Assembly: GCA_965226885.1 (NCBI GenBank)
Contig: CBDDEL010000012.1
Span: 128,001 to 192,000 of the forward strand
From: Opitutales bacterium
GTDB taxonomy: Bacteria > Verrucomicrobiota > Verrucomicrobiia > Opitutales > UBA2987
DNA: 64,000 bases
Reading direction: 5' to 3'
Shown here: one piece after another, positions 41,109 to 50,803 of the stretch
How positions within the stretch are numbered: the first letter of the stretch is position 1
Layout of the letters: every line of letters starts with the position of its first letter
The notes under the pieces: model-generated
What the model was told of the DNA's origin: nothing
The model's database searches: none
The model's input: the letters and a program-made list of their open reading frames with translations, nothing else
Program-made: the position numbers and the translations under genes

Positions 41109-41808
41109 ACGCCTTGGGCCCGGCTCGTCGGCCTCCGGCCTCCTCACCGACCCCAAGCCAATCCCCAAAACCAACTCCCAAACCCTAAACCTTGACGTAC
41201 CTGCAATTACTAACCTAAACCTTATTCCAAGCGTACCGGTTTTACCCCGACCCCCGTACCGGTTTCATCCCGGCGTTTACAGTGTGGATACCACGGAAGA
41301 ATACATCCTTAAAAATAACAAAGGGGACGGGGGTAACGATGGAGTTATTGTACAAACAAATTTGTTCTCTTTAGGTGTTAGTGTAGGGGTAAATGTAAGC
41401 CTGGATATGTCTGGAAACGTATTTACTAATATTTCTCGATTTGGTGTTTTCATTAACCAGGGTCAAGCGGTTAAAGATCAGCTAGACATCAAAATCGAAG
41501 ATAATGTGCTTGTAGGTGCACCAGGTAGTATCTCTGGAATCCGAGTGTTTGAACAACCTGGCGGTGTCACGCTTGCCTCTTCAATGGATGCGGGTGGTGG
41601 AGCTCTCGGTAGTGAAGGAAATAATTCTATTGCGTGCTTTGCATTCGATCTTAGCGCAGATGGGCCTTATGACCTTGTTGCAGAAAACAATTGGTATGGC
41701 AGTCCTGCAGGACCAATTGCGATTTTAGAATTAAACGGTGGTACAGTAGATTTTGAGCCTTTTTTAACGGAAGACCCAGCATTGATTGAAGATGAAGATG
41801 ACGATTAA

Positions 41809-42939
41809 TACCAAATCGCAAAAGGATTGATAAAGATTAAAAAACAGCTATAAAGGCGGAATGAGAAGATATATGGGAACCGATGAAGACCGTGAACGTA
41901 TCAAGAAATTGCTCAACAAAGAGGCTGTCGGCTGGCGTAAAGAGCGTTTGGTGGCATTAAAAATGGGCTTCCAGCCGCACCACAGCATTGATGAAATTGG
42001 AGCCATCGTGGGCCGAGGCAAAGCGACGATCCAGCGTTGGTTTGACAAATATCGTGCTGCAGGGCTCGGGGCGGTGCTTACACGCGCCTACAAAGGCGGG
42101 ATCAAAAGCCGTTGCGACAAAGAGGTGGAGGCCTTCTTGCTCAATGGTTTGAAGGTCGCGCGCTGGAACACAGCCGTTCAGGCGGGGCAAGAGCTGGAGC
42201 GACATTTCGGGCGCTCCTTCGCCTACAAGACGGTGTGGCGATGGCTAAAAAAATGCGCCGGGGTGCTTCGAGTCCCTCGGCCCGTGCATGAGAAACGGGA
42301 CTCGGCAAAAGCGGAAGCGTTCAAGCGAGACTTTTTTAAGATCCTCCAGGAGCTTTCCCTCACCCGAGGCAATCGGGTTCGGGTGTGGTTTGCCGATGAA
42401 AGCCGTTTTGGTTTGCTTCCGGTGTACCGCCGGTGCTGGACGCAAAGAGGGCTTCGGCCGCACAAAAAATATCAGACAAGATACCAGTGGAGCTACTGTT
42501 ACGGAGCCCTCGACGTGGTCAACGGCGAGATGGTATGCATCCAAACCCCTAGCACGAATCTACAGTGGACGGAGGCTTTCCTCCAACAGATCAAAAAGCA
42601 ATATCCTGAGGAGGAACATGTGGTTGTATGGGACGGGGCAGGCTTCCATCCGCACGACTCGGAGCACCCCAACGTCCCCCCGGGCATACATATCGTGAAT
42701 TTGCCGCCGTATAGTCCTGAACTCAACCCGATTGAAAGACTTTGGGATATGATACAGGATCAAACGGCCAACAAACTGTGGCCGAGCATTGAGCGACTCG
42801 AAGAAGTCGTCGCAACCCATCTCAAAGACTGGTGGGAGGACACTGAAAAAGTCCTCTCTTTAGTTGGCGGAGGCTGGCAGCACATTCAAGCAAACGCTTC
42901 TGCCAAATAACTTATTATCATACCTAATGAGATTTGGTA
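41809..42939 (+). mobile_element. IS630-family element
   Basis: IR taccaaatc / gatttggta; TA(A) duplicated at the upstream gene's stop codon. Confidence 0.85.
41861..42910 (+). CDS. IS630-family transposase
   Basis: FADESRFG, WDGAGFH, LPPYSPELNPIERLW. Confidence 0.93.
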   Translation: MRRYMGTDEDRERIKKLLNKEAVGWRKERLVALKMGFQPHHSIDEIGAIVGRGKATIQRWFDKYRAAGLGAVLTRAYKGGIKSRCDKEVEAFLLNGLKVARWNTAVQAGQELERHFGRSFAYKTVWRWLKKCAGVLRVPRPVHEKRDSAKAEAFKRDFFKILQELSLTRGNRVRVWFADESRFGLLPVYRRCWTQRGLRPHKKYQTRYQWSYCYGALDVVNGEMVCIQTPSTNLQWTEAFLQQIKKQYPEEEHVVVWDGAGFHPHDSEHPNVPPGIHIVNLPPYSPELNPIERLWDMIQDQTANKLWPSIERLEEVVATHLKDWWEDTEKVLSLVGGGWQHIQANASAK

Positions 42940-43095
42940 TAAGATCTAAAAAAGTTTCAGAACACTAAAACCGTCGATAATCGCAAGAGATCGCGTAAAA
43001 CGAAATATTGATGGTGGTGTTTGATTGTAATTTTCCAACGCAATATTCAGTTGGCTAGTGTGATAAATACACGTTAGATGAAATTGAAACTAATA

Positions 43096-43740
43096 TTACA
43101 AATATTTCAGGTTTTGGAATAGTTTGTTTATTTTTTCAGCATCCTTATTGCCGGGCGATGACTCGACTCCGCTGTTGATGTCCACATAACGGGTTCCACT
43201 TGTTTGGATGGCTTTTTTGATATTGTCCGGGTTTAATCCACCAGCTAGTATCCAGGTTTTTTCCGGGTATTTATTTTTTAAGGAGTTGAATGCTTGCCAA
43301 TCGCCCGTTTTACCTGTGCCTCCATAAAGTTTGCCGGAGTGGGCATCCACCAAAAAAGTATTGGCATATTCAAGAATAGCTTCGGGAAATGATTCACCTT
43401 CGGGAAGGCGCGGAGCGAGCCAAAGCCGCTCTGGACTAACCATATTCGACCACTCGGCAATAGTGGTATGATGAGTGGAGAGGGGAAAATGAATTTGAAA
43501 AAAATCGAAGCCCAGGGCGAACCGTTTCTTCAAATCTTTGGGCGTTGGGGCAACGTCCACCATTACCCGTTTGCCGGGGGGAATTGTTTCCAGCAGCTCC
43601 TTCGCCCTTTCCAGGCTGACAGAGCGGGGCGATGGGGGATAAATATTGATGCCGATGGCATCGGCTCCCAATTCTAACGACGCTATTGCATCCCCCTGCC
43701 GGGTGATCCCACAAACTTTGACTTTAATACGGTTAGACAT
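43096..43740 (-). CDS. trpF: Phosphoribosylanthranilate isomerase
   Basis: VKVCGIT, YGGTGKTGDW, LAGGLNPDN, DINSGVESSPG.KD. Confidence 0.93.
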   Translation of the reverse strand: MSNRIKVKVCGITRQGDAIASLELGADAIGINIYPPSPRSVSLERAKELLETIPPGKRVMVDVAPTPKDLKKRFALGFDFFQIHFPLSTHHTTIAEWSNMVSPERLWLAPRLPEGESFPEAILEYANTFLVDAHSGKLYGGTGKTGDWQAFNSLKNKYPEKTWILAGGLNPDNIKKAIQTSGTRYVDINSGVESSPGNKDAEKINKLFQNLKYL

Positions 43741-43752
43741 CGTTTAATTAAA

Positions 43753-44541
43753 TCAGGAATTTGTGGAGTCCGTAAATTTTTTCACCAACGCCTGCACGAT
43801 GCCGTCCAAGGTAGCCTCCACCGCTTCGATACCTACAGACATTCCGGCTTTGCGCATAGCATCCGAGGTAACGGGCCCAATGCTGCACGTTAGGGGATGC
43901 CGGGCCTCTTTTTCGAGTTGCAAATGGGAAGCCTGATCGACGAACGATTTGACGGTGGAGGGACTGGTGAATATTACCACATCAGCACCTTGCTGGCGAA
44001 AGGAAATTGCGGCCGGATCATTAGTCAGATCGGATTTTAATGTTTGATAAACGGGAAAGGTATCCACAATGGCGGCAGCCTCATTGAGTTTTTTTTCTAA
44101 AATATCGCGATTGATATTTCCGGTTACAAGGAGGATTTTTACGCTATCCAGGCTTTGCTCCTGGCAAAGGGCTTCGGCCAAAGCCTCCGAGGTTGCCTCA
44201 TCGGGAATTAGATCGATTTTCAAATGATGAGCTTTAATAGCCTTGGCAGTGCCTTTGCCAACCGCTGCAATGCGTAAAAAACCGAGGGATCGAATATCCT
44301 CGAAATGTTTAAAAAATTGCTCAAAAAAATATTTTACCCCATTGGCGCTGGTAAATACTAACCAGTCGTACTGAGCGATTTCCGCAAAGACCTCTTCTGC
44401 CGTTTGGGGATCGAAATAGGGTTGAATTTGGATGAGCGGCAGTTCTAAAGGCACGGCTCCAGCTTCTTCGAGCTTCCTGCTTAATTCAGCCGCCTGTTGT
44501 GGACTCCTCGTAACGACCACCCTTTTGCCGCCCAATGTCAT
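43753..44541 (-). CDS. hemD: Uroporphyrinogen-III synthase
   Basis: VVVTRS, VFTSANGV, AVGKGTA, FTSPSTV, IGPVT. Confidence 0.92.
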   Translation of the reverse strand: MTLGGKRVVVTRSPQQAAELSRKLEEAGAVPLELPLIQIQPYFDPQTAEEVFAEIAQYDWLVFTSANGVKYFFEQFFKHFEDIRSLGFLRIAAVGKGTAKAIKAHHLKIDLIPDEATSEALAEALCQEQSLDSVKILLVTGNINRDILEKKLNEAAAIVDTFPVYQTLKSDLTNDPAAISFRQQGADVVIFTSPSTVKSFVDQASHLQLEKEARHPLTCSIGPVTSDAMRKAGMSVGIEAVEATLDGIVQALVKKFTDSTNS

Positions 44542-45407
44542 TTTCCGGTAAATTCCCCGGCGATTTCTTCGATCTTTTTCATGGCCGAATCATCATCGAA
44601 AGCGGACATATCGTATTCGTGAAAACCACTTTCTTCCACAAAAACGAGCAGCCGGTTGTGGCACAAGTGAACGGCATAGGAATTATGACATCCGCCCCCC
44701 AGCAAACCCAGAAAATGCCGTTCCAGGGAAACCGCCCGGGCCGTTTCCCGATCCAGTAACGGTGAAAATTTCTCAACATCTTCCTCCCTGCATTCCAGGG
44801 CAACGGCCCCCTGACCGGCGGCCGGAACCATTTGGCACACATCGAATGGTTTGAATTCGACGCCCGGCCAACTTTTGAATCCCAACCGTTTCAATCCGGC
44901 GGCGGCCAGGATAGTGGCCTCGGCATCGCCTCTGCTGATTTTGTTCAGCCGCGTATCCACGTTTCCCCGAATCTCACCCCAGACCGCCCGGGGAAACAAA
45001 ATCTTGGCCTGGGCTCTGCGTCGAGGGCTGCCCGTGGCGATGAATGCGGGGCTGGTGCAATCCTCCCTAACAACGAGCACATCATGAGCGAGTTCCCGCG
45101 GCAGATAACCGGCCAGGGCCAGCCCGCTTGGCAGGCTCGTCGGCAGGTCTTTGGCGCTGTGTACGGCAAGATCGCAACGGCCCTCCAACAAAGCCGTTTC
45201 CAATTCCTTGGTGAAAAGCCCTTTGCCGCCTTCCTTTTCCAGAGACCAGCCCTGCCTGCGGTCGCCGGTTGTGACCAGCGGCATAACCTGAAATTCAACC
45301 CCCGGCAGCTTCTCCGCCAAAAAGTTGCGCGTCAGCTCGGTTTGAGCCAAAGCGAGAGGGCTTTTTCGTGTTGCCACGGTTATTTTGTTTTGTGGCATGT
45401 TCTGCAA
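44538..45407 (-). CDS. hemC: Hydroxymethylbilane synthase
   Basis: ATRKSPLALAQ, GKGLFTKELE, AVHSAKD, RGNVDTR, LGGGC. Confidence 0.95.
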   Translation of the reverse strand: MQNMPQNKITVATRKSPLALAQTELTRNFLAEKLPGVEFQVMPLVTTGDRRQGWSLEKEGGKGLFTKELETALLEGRCDLAVHSAKDLPTSLPSGLALAGYLPRELAHDVLVVREDCTSPAFIATGSPRRRAQAKILFPRAVWGEIRGNVDTRLNKISRGDAEATILAAAGLKRLGFKSWPGVEFKPFDVCQMVPAAGQGAVALECREEDVEKFSPLLDRETARAVSLERHFLGLLGGGCHNSYAVHLCHNRLLVFVEESGFHEYDMSAFDDDSAMKKIEEIAGEFTGK

Positions 45408-45419
45408 AATGTTGGCGGC

Positions 45420-46445
45420 TCAATAAGCGGCCTGGGCCCCTTTCAAATTTTTCTTTTTTATCCAGGGCATCATGCCGCGCAGTCGTTGGCCGGTTTTCTC
45501 GATCAGGTGGTCCTCACCTTCTTTCATGAGGGCATTGTAATTTTTCAAACCTGAATTGTATTCATTGACCCACTCCTTGGCGAACTTGCCGGATTGTATA
45601 TCTTTCAATATGGCTTTCATGGTCCGTTTGGTCGATTTGTTGATTACCCTCGGGCCGCGTGAAACATCGCCCCATTTGGCGGTTTCCGAGATCGAAAAAC
45701 GCATTCCTGCGATGCCCGATTCCACCATCATATCGACGATCAGCTTGAGTTCGTGCAAGCACTCGAAATACGCCATTTCCGGTTGGTAGCCCGCTTCCAC
45801 CAGAGTTTCGAAACCAGCCGTTATCAAAGCGCTGGCCCCACCGCAAAGAACGGTTTGTTCGCCGAACAAATCCGTTTCTGTCTCCTCTTTGAAGGTTGTT
45901 TGCAAAACTCCCGCCCGTGTGGCCCCGATCCCCTTGGCCCAGGCCAGAGCGTTTTTCTTGGCATTTTTAGAAGAACCTTTGGCCATCGCGATAAGCGCTG
46001 GCACACCTTTTCCTTCCAGGTATTGGCTGCGCACAACATGGCCGGGGCCTTTGGGAGCAACCATTATCACATCAATACCGCGGGGTGGTTTAATGAGGCC
46101 GAAATGGATGGCGAATCCGTGGCTGAACAAGAGCGTTTTTCCCTTCTCCAGATGAGGCAGAAGGTCGTTGGTGTAAACATCTGCCTGCTTCATGTCGGGC
46201 ACCGCCAGCATGATGATATCCGCCCGTTGGGCCACCTCGGCGTTTGAACAAACCTCGAACCCATGTTTGCGGGCCACCCTGACCGATTTGCTTTTCGGGT
46301 AAAGTCCCACGATGACCTTCAGACCGCTGTCCTTGAGGTTCAAAGCATGGGCGTGGCCTTGAGAGCCGTAGCCGATCACGCCGAGCGTTCTATTTCTGAG
46401 GACGCGAAGATCGGCGTCTCTGTTTGTATATACTGTAGCAGGCAT
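45420..46445 (-). CDS. ilvC: Ketol-acid reductoisomerase
   Basis: IGYGSQGHAHALNL, APKGPGH, ETDLFGEQ. Confidence 0.97.
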   Translation of the reverse strand: MPATVYTNRDADLRVLRNRTLGVIGYGSQGHAHALNLKDSGLKVIVGLYPKSKSVRVARKHGFEVCSNAEVAQRADIIMLAVPDMKQADVYTNDLLPHLEKGKTLLFSHGFAIHFGLIKPPRGIDVIMVAPKGPGHVVRSQYLEGKGVPALIAMAKGSSKNAKKNALAWAKGIGATRAGVLQTTFKEETETDLFGEQTVLCGGASALITAGFETLVEAGYQPEMAYFECLHELKLIVDMMVESGIAGMRFSISETAKWGDVSRGPRVINKSTKRTMKAILKDIQSGKFAKEWVNEYNSGLKNYNALMKEGEDHLIEKTGQRLRGMMPWIKKKNLKGAQAAY

Positions 46446-46519
46446 AATTATAATTGTTCTATTTCGGATTTAACAAAAAAATTCAGCAGGTAGCGCAATG
46501 AGGCATCACTGACCTTTGG

Positions 46520-47002
46520 TCAAGTAAACATGCGGCGTTCTAGGGCGAGATTGCCGGTGCGGGCCAGGTCGTTGATCCCGAACGGTTCAATCAATTCGTA
46601 GAAAGCCTTTATTTTGCCTTCGTTGCCGGTCACCTCAATAATCACACTGGTAGGGGAAGCATCGATGATTTTGGCCCTGAAAATATCGCAAATCTGCAAA
46701 ATCTCGGAACGGGTTTCGGAGCTGGCATTGACTTTTACCATGAGGAGTTCGCGAGCTACGAATTGGCCCTTTTTAAAATCCTTGATATCGATTACGTTGA
46801 CCAACTTATTAAGCTGTTTAACGGCCTGGTCGAGGTGGGACTCATCGCCGTAGACGGTTGCCGTGATGCGGGAAATCTCGGGATTTTGGGTGGGCGCCAC
46901 ATTGAGAGTATCGATATTGAATCCGCGCCCGCTGAACATCCCGGCCACGCGCGCAAGCACGCCGAACTTATTTTCAACCAGGACCGATAATGTATGTTTC
47001 AT
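46520..47002 (-). CDS. ilvN: Acetolactate synthase small subunit
   Basis: LSVLVENKFGVLARVAGMFSGRGFNI ACT domain. Confidence 0.95.
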   Translation of the reverse strand: MKHTLSVLVENKFGVLARVAGMFSGRGFNIDTLNVAPTQNPEISRITATVYGDESHLDQAVKQLNKLVNVIDIKDFKKGQFVARELLMVKVNASSETRSEILQICDIFRAKIIDASPTSVIIEVTGNEGKIKAFYELIEPFGINDLARTGNLALERRMFT

Positions 47003-47125
47003 GGCAAATAGGTTTTATTTATGCGGTTTGAAGCTTAACTGTCAGTAATTGTCAGAAAATTTTGATATAGGGTTAAGTCTTTCAGAAAAACATTCAAGCG
47101 TGAATTAGTCGGCCATGGAAACTAG

Positions 47126-48698
47126 CCCGGATATTTCATGAAGGGTAAAGTCTGGCTCGTTATTGCTATTGGAGATGGAGATGGATTTCTTTGTATTTTG
47201 AGCAGATCGTCTTGATTTTTAGGTGTTTTTCAGGGTGTAGAGACACTGCCCCCTTTCCCCCATTGGTTCGGTAGTGCCGGGGGCAGCACCAATGCACCCT
47301 TTAGGTTGGCACCAATCGGCGGGCCGCATGGTTGAAAAGACTGGCCCAAGGATAACTCTCACTTAGGTGAAAGTGAATCGTTCGGGTGTTGCGCACGATG
47401 ACCGCTCCGATCTTGATTAATTTGAGCCGCAGGGTGTGGCATTGGGCCCGCGCCCACTTCGTCCCTTTTAAGGCTAACCGGCGCATGGCCTCCATCAAGG
47501 TGTAGGCCAGCGCCGACAAGAGCAATCGCCACTGATTGGCCCACCATTGATGGGCGCTGGTGCGCTCGCTGAACAATTGCATCTGTTCCTTGATTCGGTT
47601 CTCCATTTCACCGCGGCCACAGTATACCTTGTCGTAAAGCTCCTGGGGATCGCCCGGCAGGTTCGTCACCACGAAGCGCGGGTTGGACCCCTGTGCGGTG
47701 TGTTCGGCTTTATGGATGACCAACCGCAGCCATCGCCACGAATCGGCAGCATAGACGAAGTCCTGGAATAACCGTTGTTTTTTACCCCTTAGTTCGAACC
47801 ATTCTTTGGCCTGCTTTTGCAACTGCTGGGCGTCTTGCTGCAAGCGTGCATTGCGAGCCATCCCCACGATGTAACTAACTTCGTTGCGGTCGCACCAAGA
47901 GAGTATCCGGTCTCGACAAAATCCACTGTCGGCGCGCCAAATAATCCGCGTACGGGGCCAGCTTTGGCGAATCCGTTTAACCAGCAATTTGAGGATGGCC
48001 CCGGCATGCTTGCTGGCATCGATCTTGCTCGGCCGCAGGTAGGCCACCAGCAGCTGATCACCGCAAAAAACATATAGCGGCAGAAAACAGTAATGATCAT
48101 AATAACCGTGGAAAAAACGTCCCTCCTGGAGCCCGTGCACCGGATTGTCGGTGGCGTCAAAGTCCAGGATGATCTCTTCGGGTTCCTCGGCAAAGGAGCC
48201 CATGAACTGTTCGACCAACAGCTCGTTTACCGCAAAGGCCGCCCGCCGATCCTGCCCGTTTTCAAAACGACACAAAGTCGGCGCGCTGGCCAACGTTTCA
48301 ATGCGCCCCGTTACCGTTTGCAACAATGGCTCGTGGCGCAGGGTATCAAAGTCGTTCAAATCCTCATAGCCCGCCACCAGCCCGTAAACGCGCTGCCGCA
48401 GCATCCCCAATACCTCATGGCGTACTTTGCCCTTCTGCCGTTTGTCCACTAACTGTCGGGCCGCTCGTTCGGTCAAGCCCAACTGCCGATCCACTTCCCG
48501 GATCAAAAGCAGTCCGGCATCCGAAGTAACCTCTCCGCCCTTGAAATCAACCCGCACACGGCGCCCTTTTACCCTTGTCAACTGTAGCTTTGATTGTTTA
48601 CCTTTTGTCATCGCTGATATTGCTTTAATTATTGATCTATCCTGCTGTATATCAGCAGTTAAGCATATCAACGATACTTTTTTTACGAAATATCCGGG
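47126..48698 (-). mobile_element. IS1380-family element type A, copy 2
   Basis: IR cccggatatttc; TSD ctag; private 6-bp duplication at 47171-47182. Confidence 0.93.
47301..48611 (-). CDS. IS1380-family transposase
   Basis: Near-identical to 12393..13703. Confidence 0.92.
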   Translation of the reverse strand: MTKGKQSKLQLTRVKGRRVRVDFKGGEVTSDAGLLLIREVDRQLGLTERAARQLVDKRQKGKVRHEVLGMLRQRVYGLVAGYEDLNDFDTLRHEPLLQTVTGRIETLASAPTLCRFENGQDRRAAFAVNELLVEQFMGSFAEEPEEIILDFDATDNPVHGLQEGRFFHGYYDHYCFLPLYVFCGDQLLVAYLRPSKIDASKHAGAILKLLVKRIRQSWPRTRIIWRADSGFCRDRILSWCDRNEVSYIVGMARNARLQQDAQQLQKQAKEWFELRGKKQRLFQDFVYAADSWRWLRLVIHKAEHTAQGSNPRFVVTNLPGDPQELYDKVYCGRGEMENRIKEQMQLFSERTSAHQWWANQWRLLLSALAYTLMEAMRRLALKGTKWARAQCHTLRLKLIKIGAVIVRNTRTIHFHLSESYPWASLFNHAARRLVPT

Positions 48699-48824
48699 CT
48701 AGGTATGTATCCGCGCCTTTCCAGCGTTGGCTATCAATAAACTGCTGATCATCAACGATAACAGGTCTGGTTTCGATTGTCGGCTCCCATCCCAAACTCC
48801 CGGAAACCTGCACATCTCTGGCTC

Positions 48825-50720
48825 TCAGCGGGGTTTTGTCGCGGTTGCGTAGCGCAACTGCCCGTAGCGCAACTGCCAATTGATCTGGATTCCTCCGCCC
48901 TCTGTGTTGGCCAGCCCCACGTAATCGATGAGGCTTTCCGCAACTCGATCGGGTGTGGTCTTTTTGGCGGAAAACAGGGTCCAGCAGAATAGGGCCATTG
49001 TTTCGCGGTCCGGAAACCGCCACGGGACGTCTTCCAACCGGCAGTTACTTGCCATAAGGCCCGCCTCACCGAGGCCGTCTTCGAACTCGTTTTCTTCGAT
49101 AAATACCCCCTGGTGGCCGCCTTGGGTAAAGCGGTCGATGAATTCGTTGAGAAACGCGCCGGTGGGTGTTCCACTGGCCACATCGGCCACGACCAACTGC
49201 CCGCCCGGCTTCAGCAGACGGTTCCACTCTGCGTAAACCGGTGCCCGGTCAGCAACATGATGCAGGCCGGCCAGACTGAGGATCACGTCGACGCTGGCGT
49301 CGGGTAAGGCAACAGCGGGCATTTCGTGATGGAGGACACGGTAGGCTCCAGAAATCGCTTCGGCGAACTGAGGAGAGGGTTCGACGCATATAATCTCAAC
49401 ACCGCCACGTGTTCGGGCATGGACGCCATCAGCGACGACTCCGCCCCCGGCCGGGGTGTCCATAACGACCTGACCCGTTGTGAAAACGGCTCTGTCCAAC
49501 AGCGCATTGATTTCCGCCTGCCTTGCGTTCAGGCAAATCGTTTTAGCCTTATTGTAATCATGACCGCGGGCCTCGAAAGTTTTCTTGTAATCTCCCCCCG
49601 TCTGCCGCGAATCATCGAGATCCTGACCGGTTCCGCCACCTTTATTGACCGCGCCCGAGACAAAACCCGCAGTTCGCACATAATAGGCGAGAATGCCCTC
49701 GTAGAGTCGTTCCATGGTTTCGGATTGGTAATCGTAAAGCTGCGAGTCATTGAAGCCCGCCCAAAGAACGGGAAACGGATTCGGTTCCCATACGATGAGC
49801 TTGCCGCTTTTGTCATAGCTGTAGTCAAAGGCAACGAAATCGAGACCGAGAGCCTTTCGCGACCGGTTCAGTATTTCGTGGTTGGGATCGGGGTTTTCGA
49901 CATAGTCGGCTTCCTCCTGTCGTGTGTGGGCGTTAAAGACTCTCAGGTCAGCATGAACGATCCAATTTTGAGAAATGATGAGGTGGCGGGGGACGCCTTC
50001 ATCGCCAAAAAGGACGTAACGGTATTTTCGATAGAACCCGTCCTCGCTTTGCACGTCGATATACTCAACGGCCACAGGGTGTGAGTAGGCTTGCCAATCT
50101 ACCTGGTGGACATCTTCCTCCTGGCGAATCAGGAAGCAAGACCCCGAATGCACCCGGTCCTCCCGAATAAAGAATGGAGGAATAAGGCCGCCGAAAGAGG
50201 AAAGAAACGCCTTTCGATCTGTGATTCGCACGATTCTGGCGGTTCGGATGCCAAGTTTGCCCATGATGGGAAGAGCGCCCGATTTTATGGAATTCGACAA
50301 CCCCTCCACCGCATGGACAATCGGGATTCCACGCGCGCGGCACTTTCGTTGCATCCTCATGGCGAAATAATAATCCAAAGGATAATTCTCCTTGAGGGGA
50401 TCCTGGAGCCACGGGATAAAGAGAGCGACGCGATCCCAGTCGATTCCCCAGGCAGGCAAACGGCACAACTGCATCCGCGAGGCAATCTCCGGGCGGGAGG
50501 ACCGCACCCATTGCAGGAAATGCTCATTGTAATCGGTGAGACGACTGGGATGCCGAGCGATCAGGATGCGGCGGCTATCATGCTCGCGCAACGAGGCATT
50601 GTGGGGCGCATCCGAACCTTGCGCTTTGCGGTAACACGCGAAGGTTTGGATCGAATGTCGTGTCTTCGGACTTAAAAAGCGCCAGGCCAAACGGAGCCAG
50701 CTTCTGTCTTGTTGTTCCAT
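48825..50720 (-). CDS. ATP-grasp-like domain fused to a class I SAM methyltransferase
   Basis: YRKYR...LGLDFVAFDY...IVWEPNP; VMDTPAGGG, SLAGLHH, LLKPGGQLVVADV. Confidence 0.7.
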   Translation of the reverse strand: MEQQDRSWLRLAWRFLSPKTRHSIQTFACYRKAQGSDAPHNASLREHDSRRILIARHPSRLTDYNEHFLQWVRSSRPEIASRMQLCRLPAWGIDWDRVALFIPWLQDPLKENYPLDYYFAMRMQRKCRARGIPIVHAVEGLSNSIKSGALPIMGKLGIRTARIVRITDRKAFLSSFGGLIPPFFIREDRVHSGSCFLIRQEEDVHQVDWQAYSHPVAVEYIDVQSEDGFYRKYRYVLFGDEGVPRHLIISQNWIVHADLRVFNAHTRQEEADYVENPDPNHEILNRSRKALGLDFVAFDYSYDKSGKLIVWEPNPFPVLWAGFNDSQLYDYQSETMERLYEGILAYYVRTAGFVSGAVNKGGGTGQDLDDSRQTGGDYKKTFEARGHDYNKAKTICLNARQAEINALLDRAVFTTGQVVMDTPAGGGVVADGVHARTRGGVEIICVEPSPQFAEAISGAYRVLHHEMPAVALPDASVDVILSLAGLHHVADRAPVYAEWNRLLKPGGQLVVADVASGTPTGAFLNEFIDRFTQGGHQGVFIEENEFEDGLGEAGLMASNCRLEDVPWRFPDRETMALFCWTLFSAKKTTPDRVAESLIDYVGLANTEGGGIQINWQLRYGQLRYATATKPR

Positions 50721-50803
50721 CGTAATACGTTAATTATTTGTGTCCGCAGAGCGAAAGCTAAAAACAGGCAGGCTGAAGGGGTGGAGCCCTGGTTGCGGCT
50801 CAA

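Larger units (their letters stand above)
38756..41281 (+). mobile_element. IS21-family element copy 2
   Basis: Same ends as copy 1; 6-bp TSD gtgtgg; private 9-bp duplication at 38807-38824. Confidence 0.93.
38419..41808 (+). pseudogene. Beta-helix-type secreted protein remnant, 5'-deleted by IS1 and split by IS21
   Basis: Frame is continuous across the IS21 TSD (...YYSSV/DTTEEY...); DAGGGALGSEGNN, AENNWYG, VDFEPFL. Confidence 0.7.
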
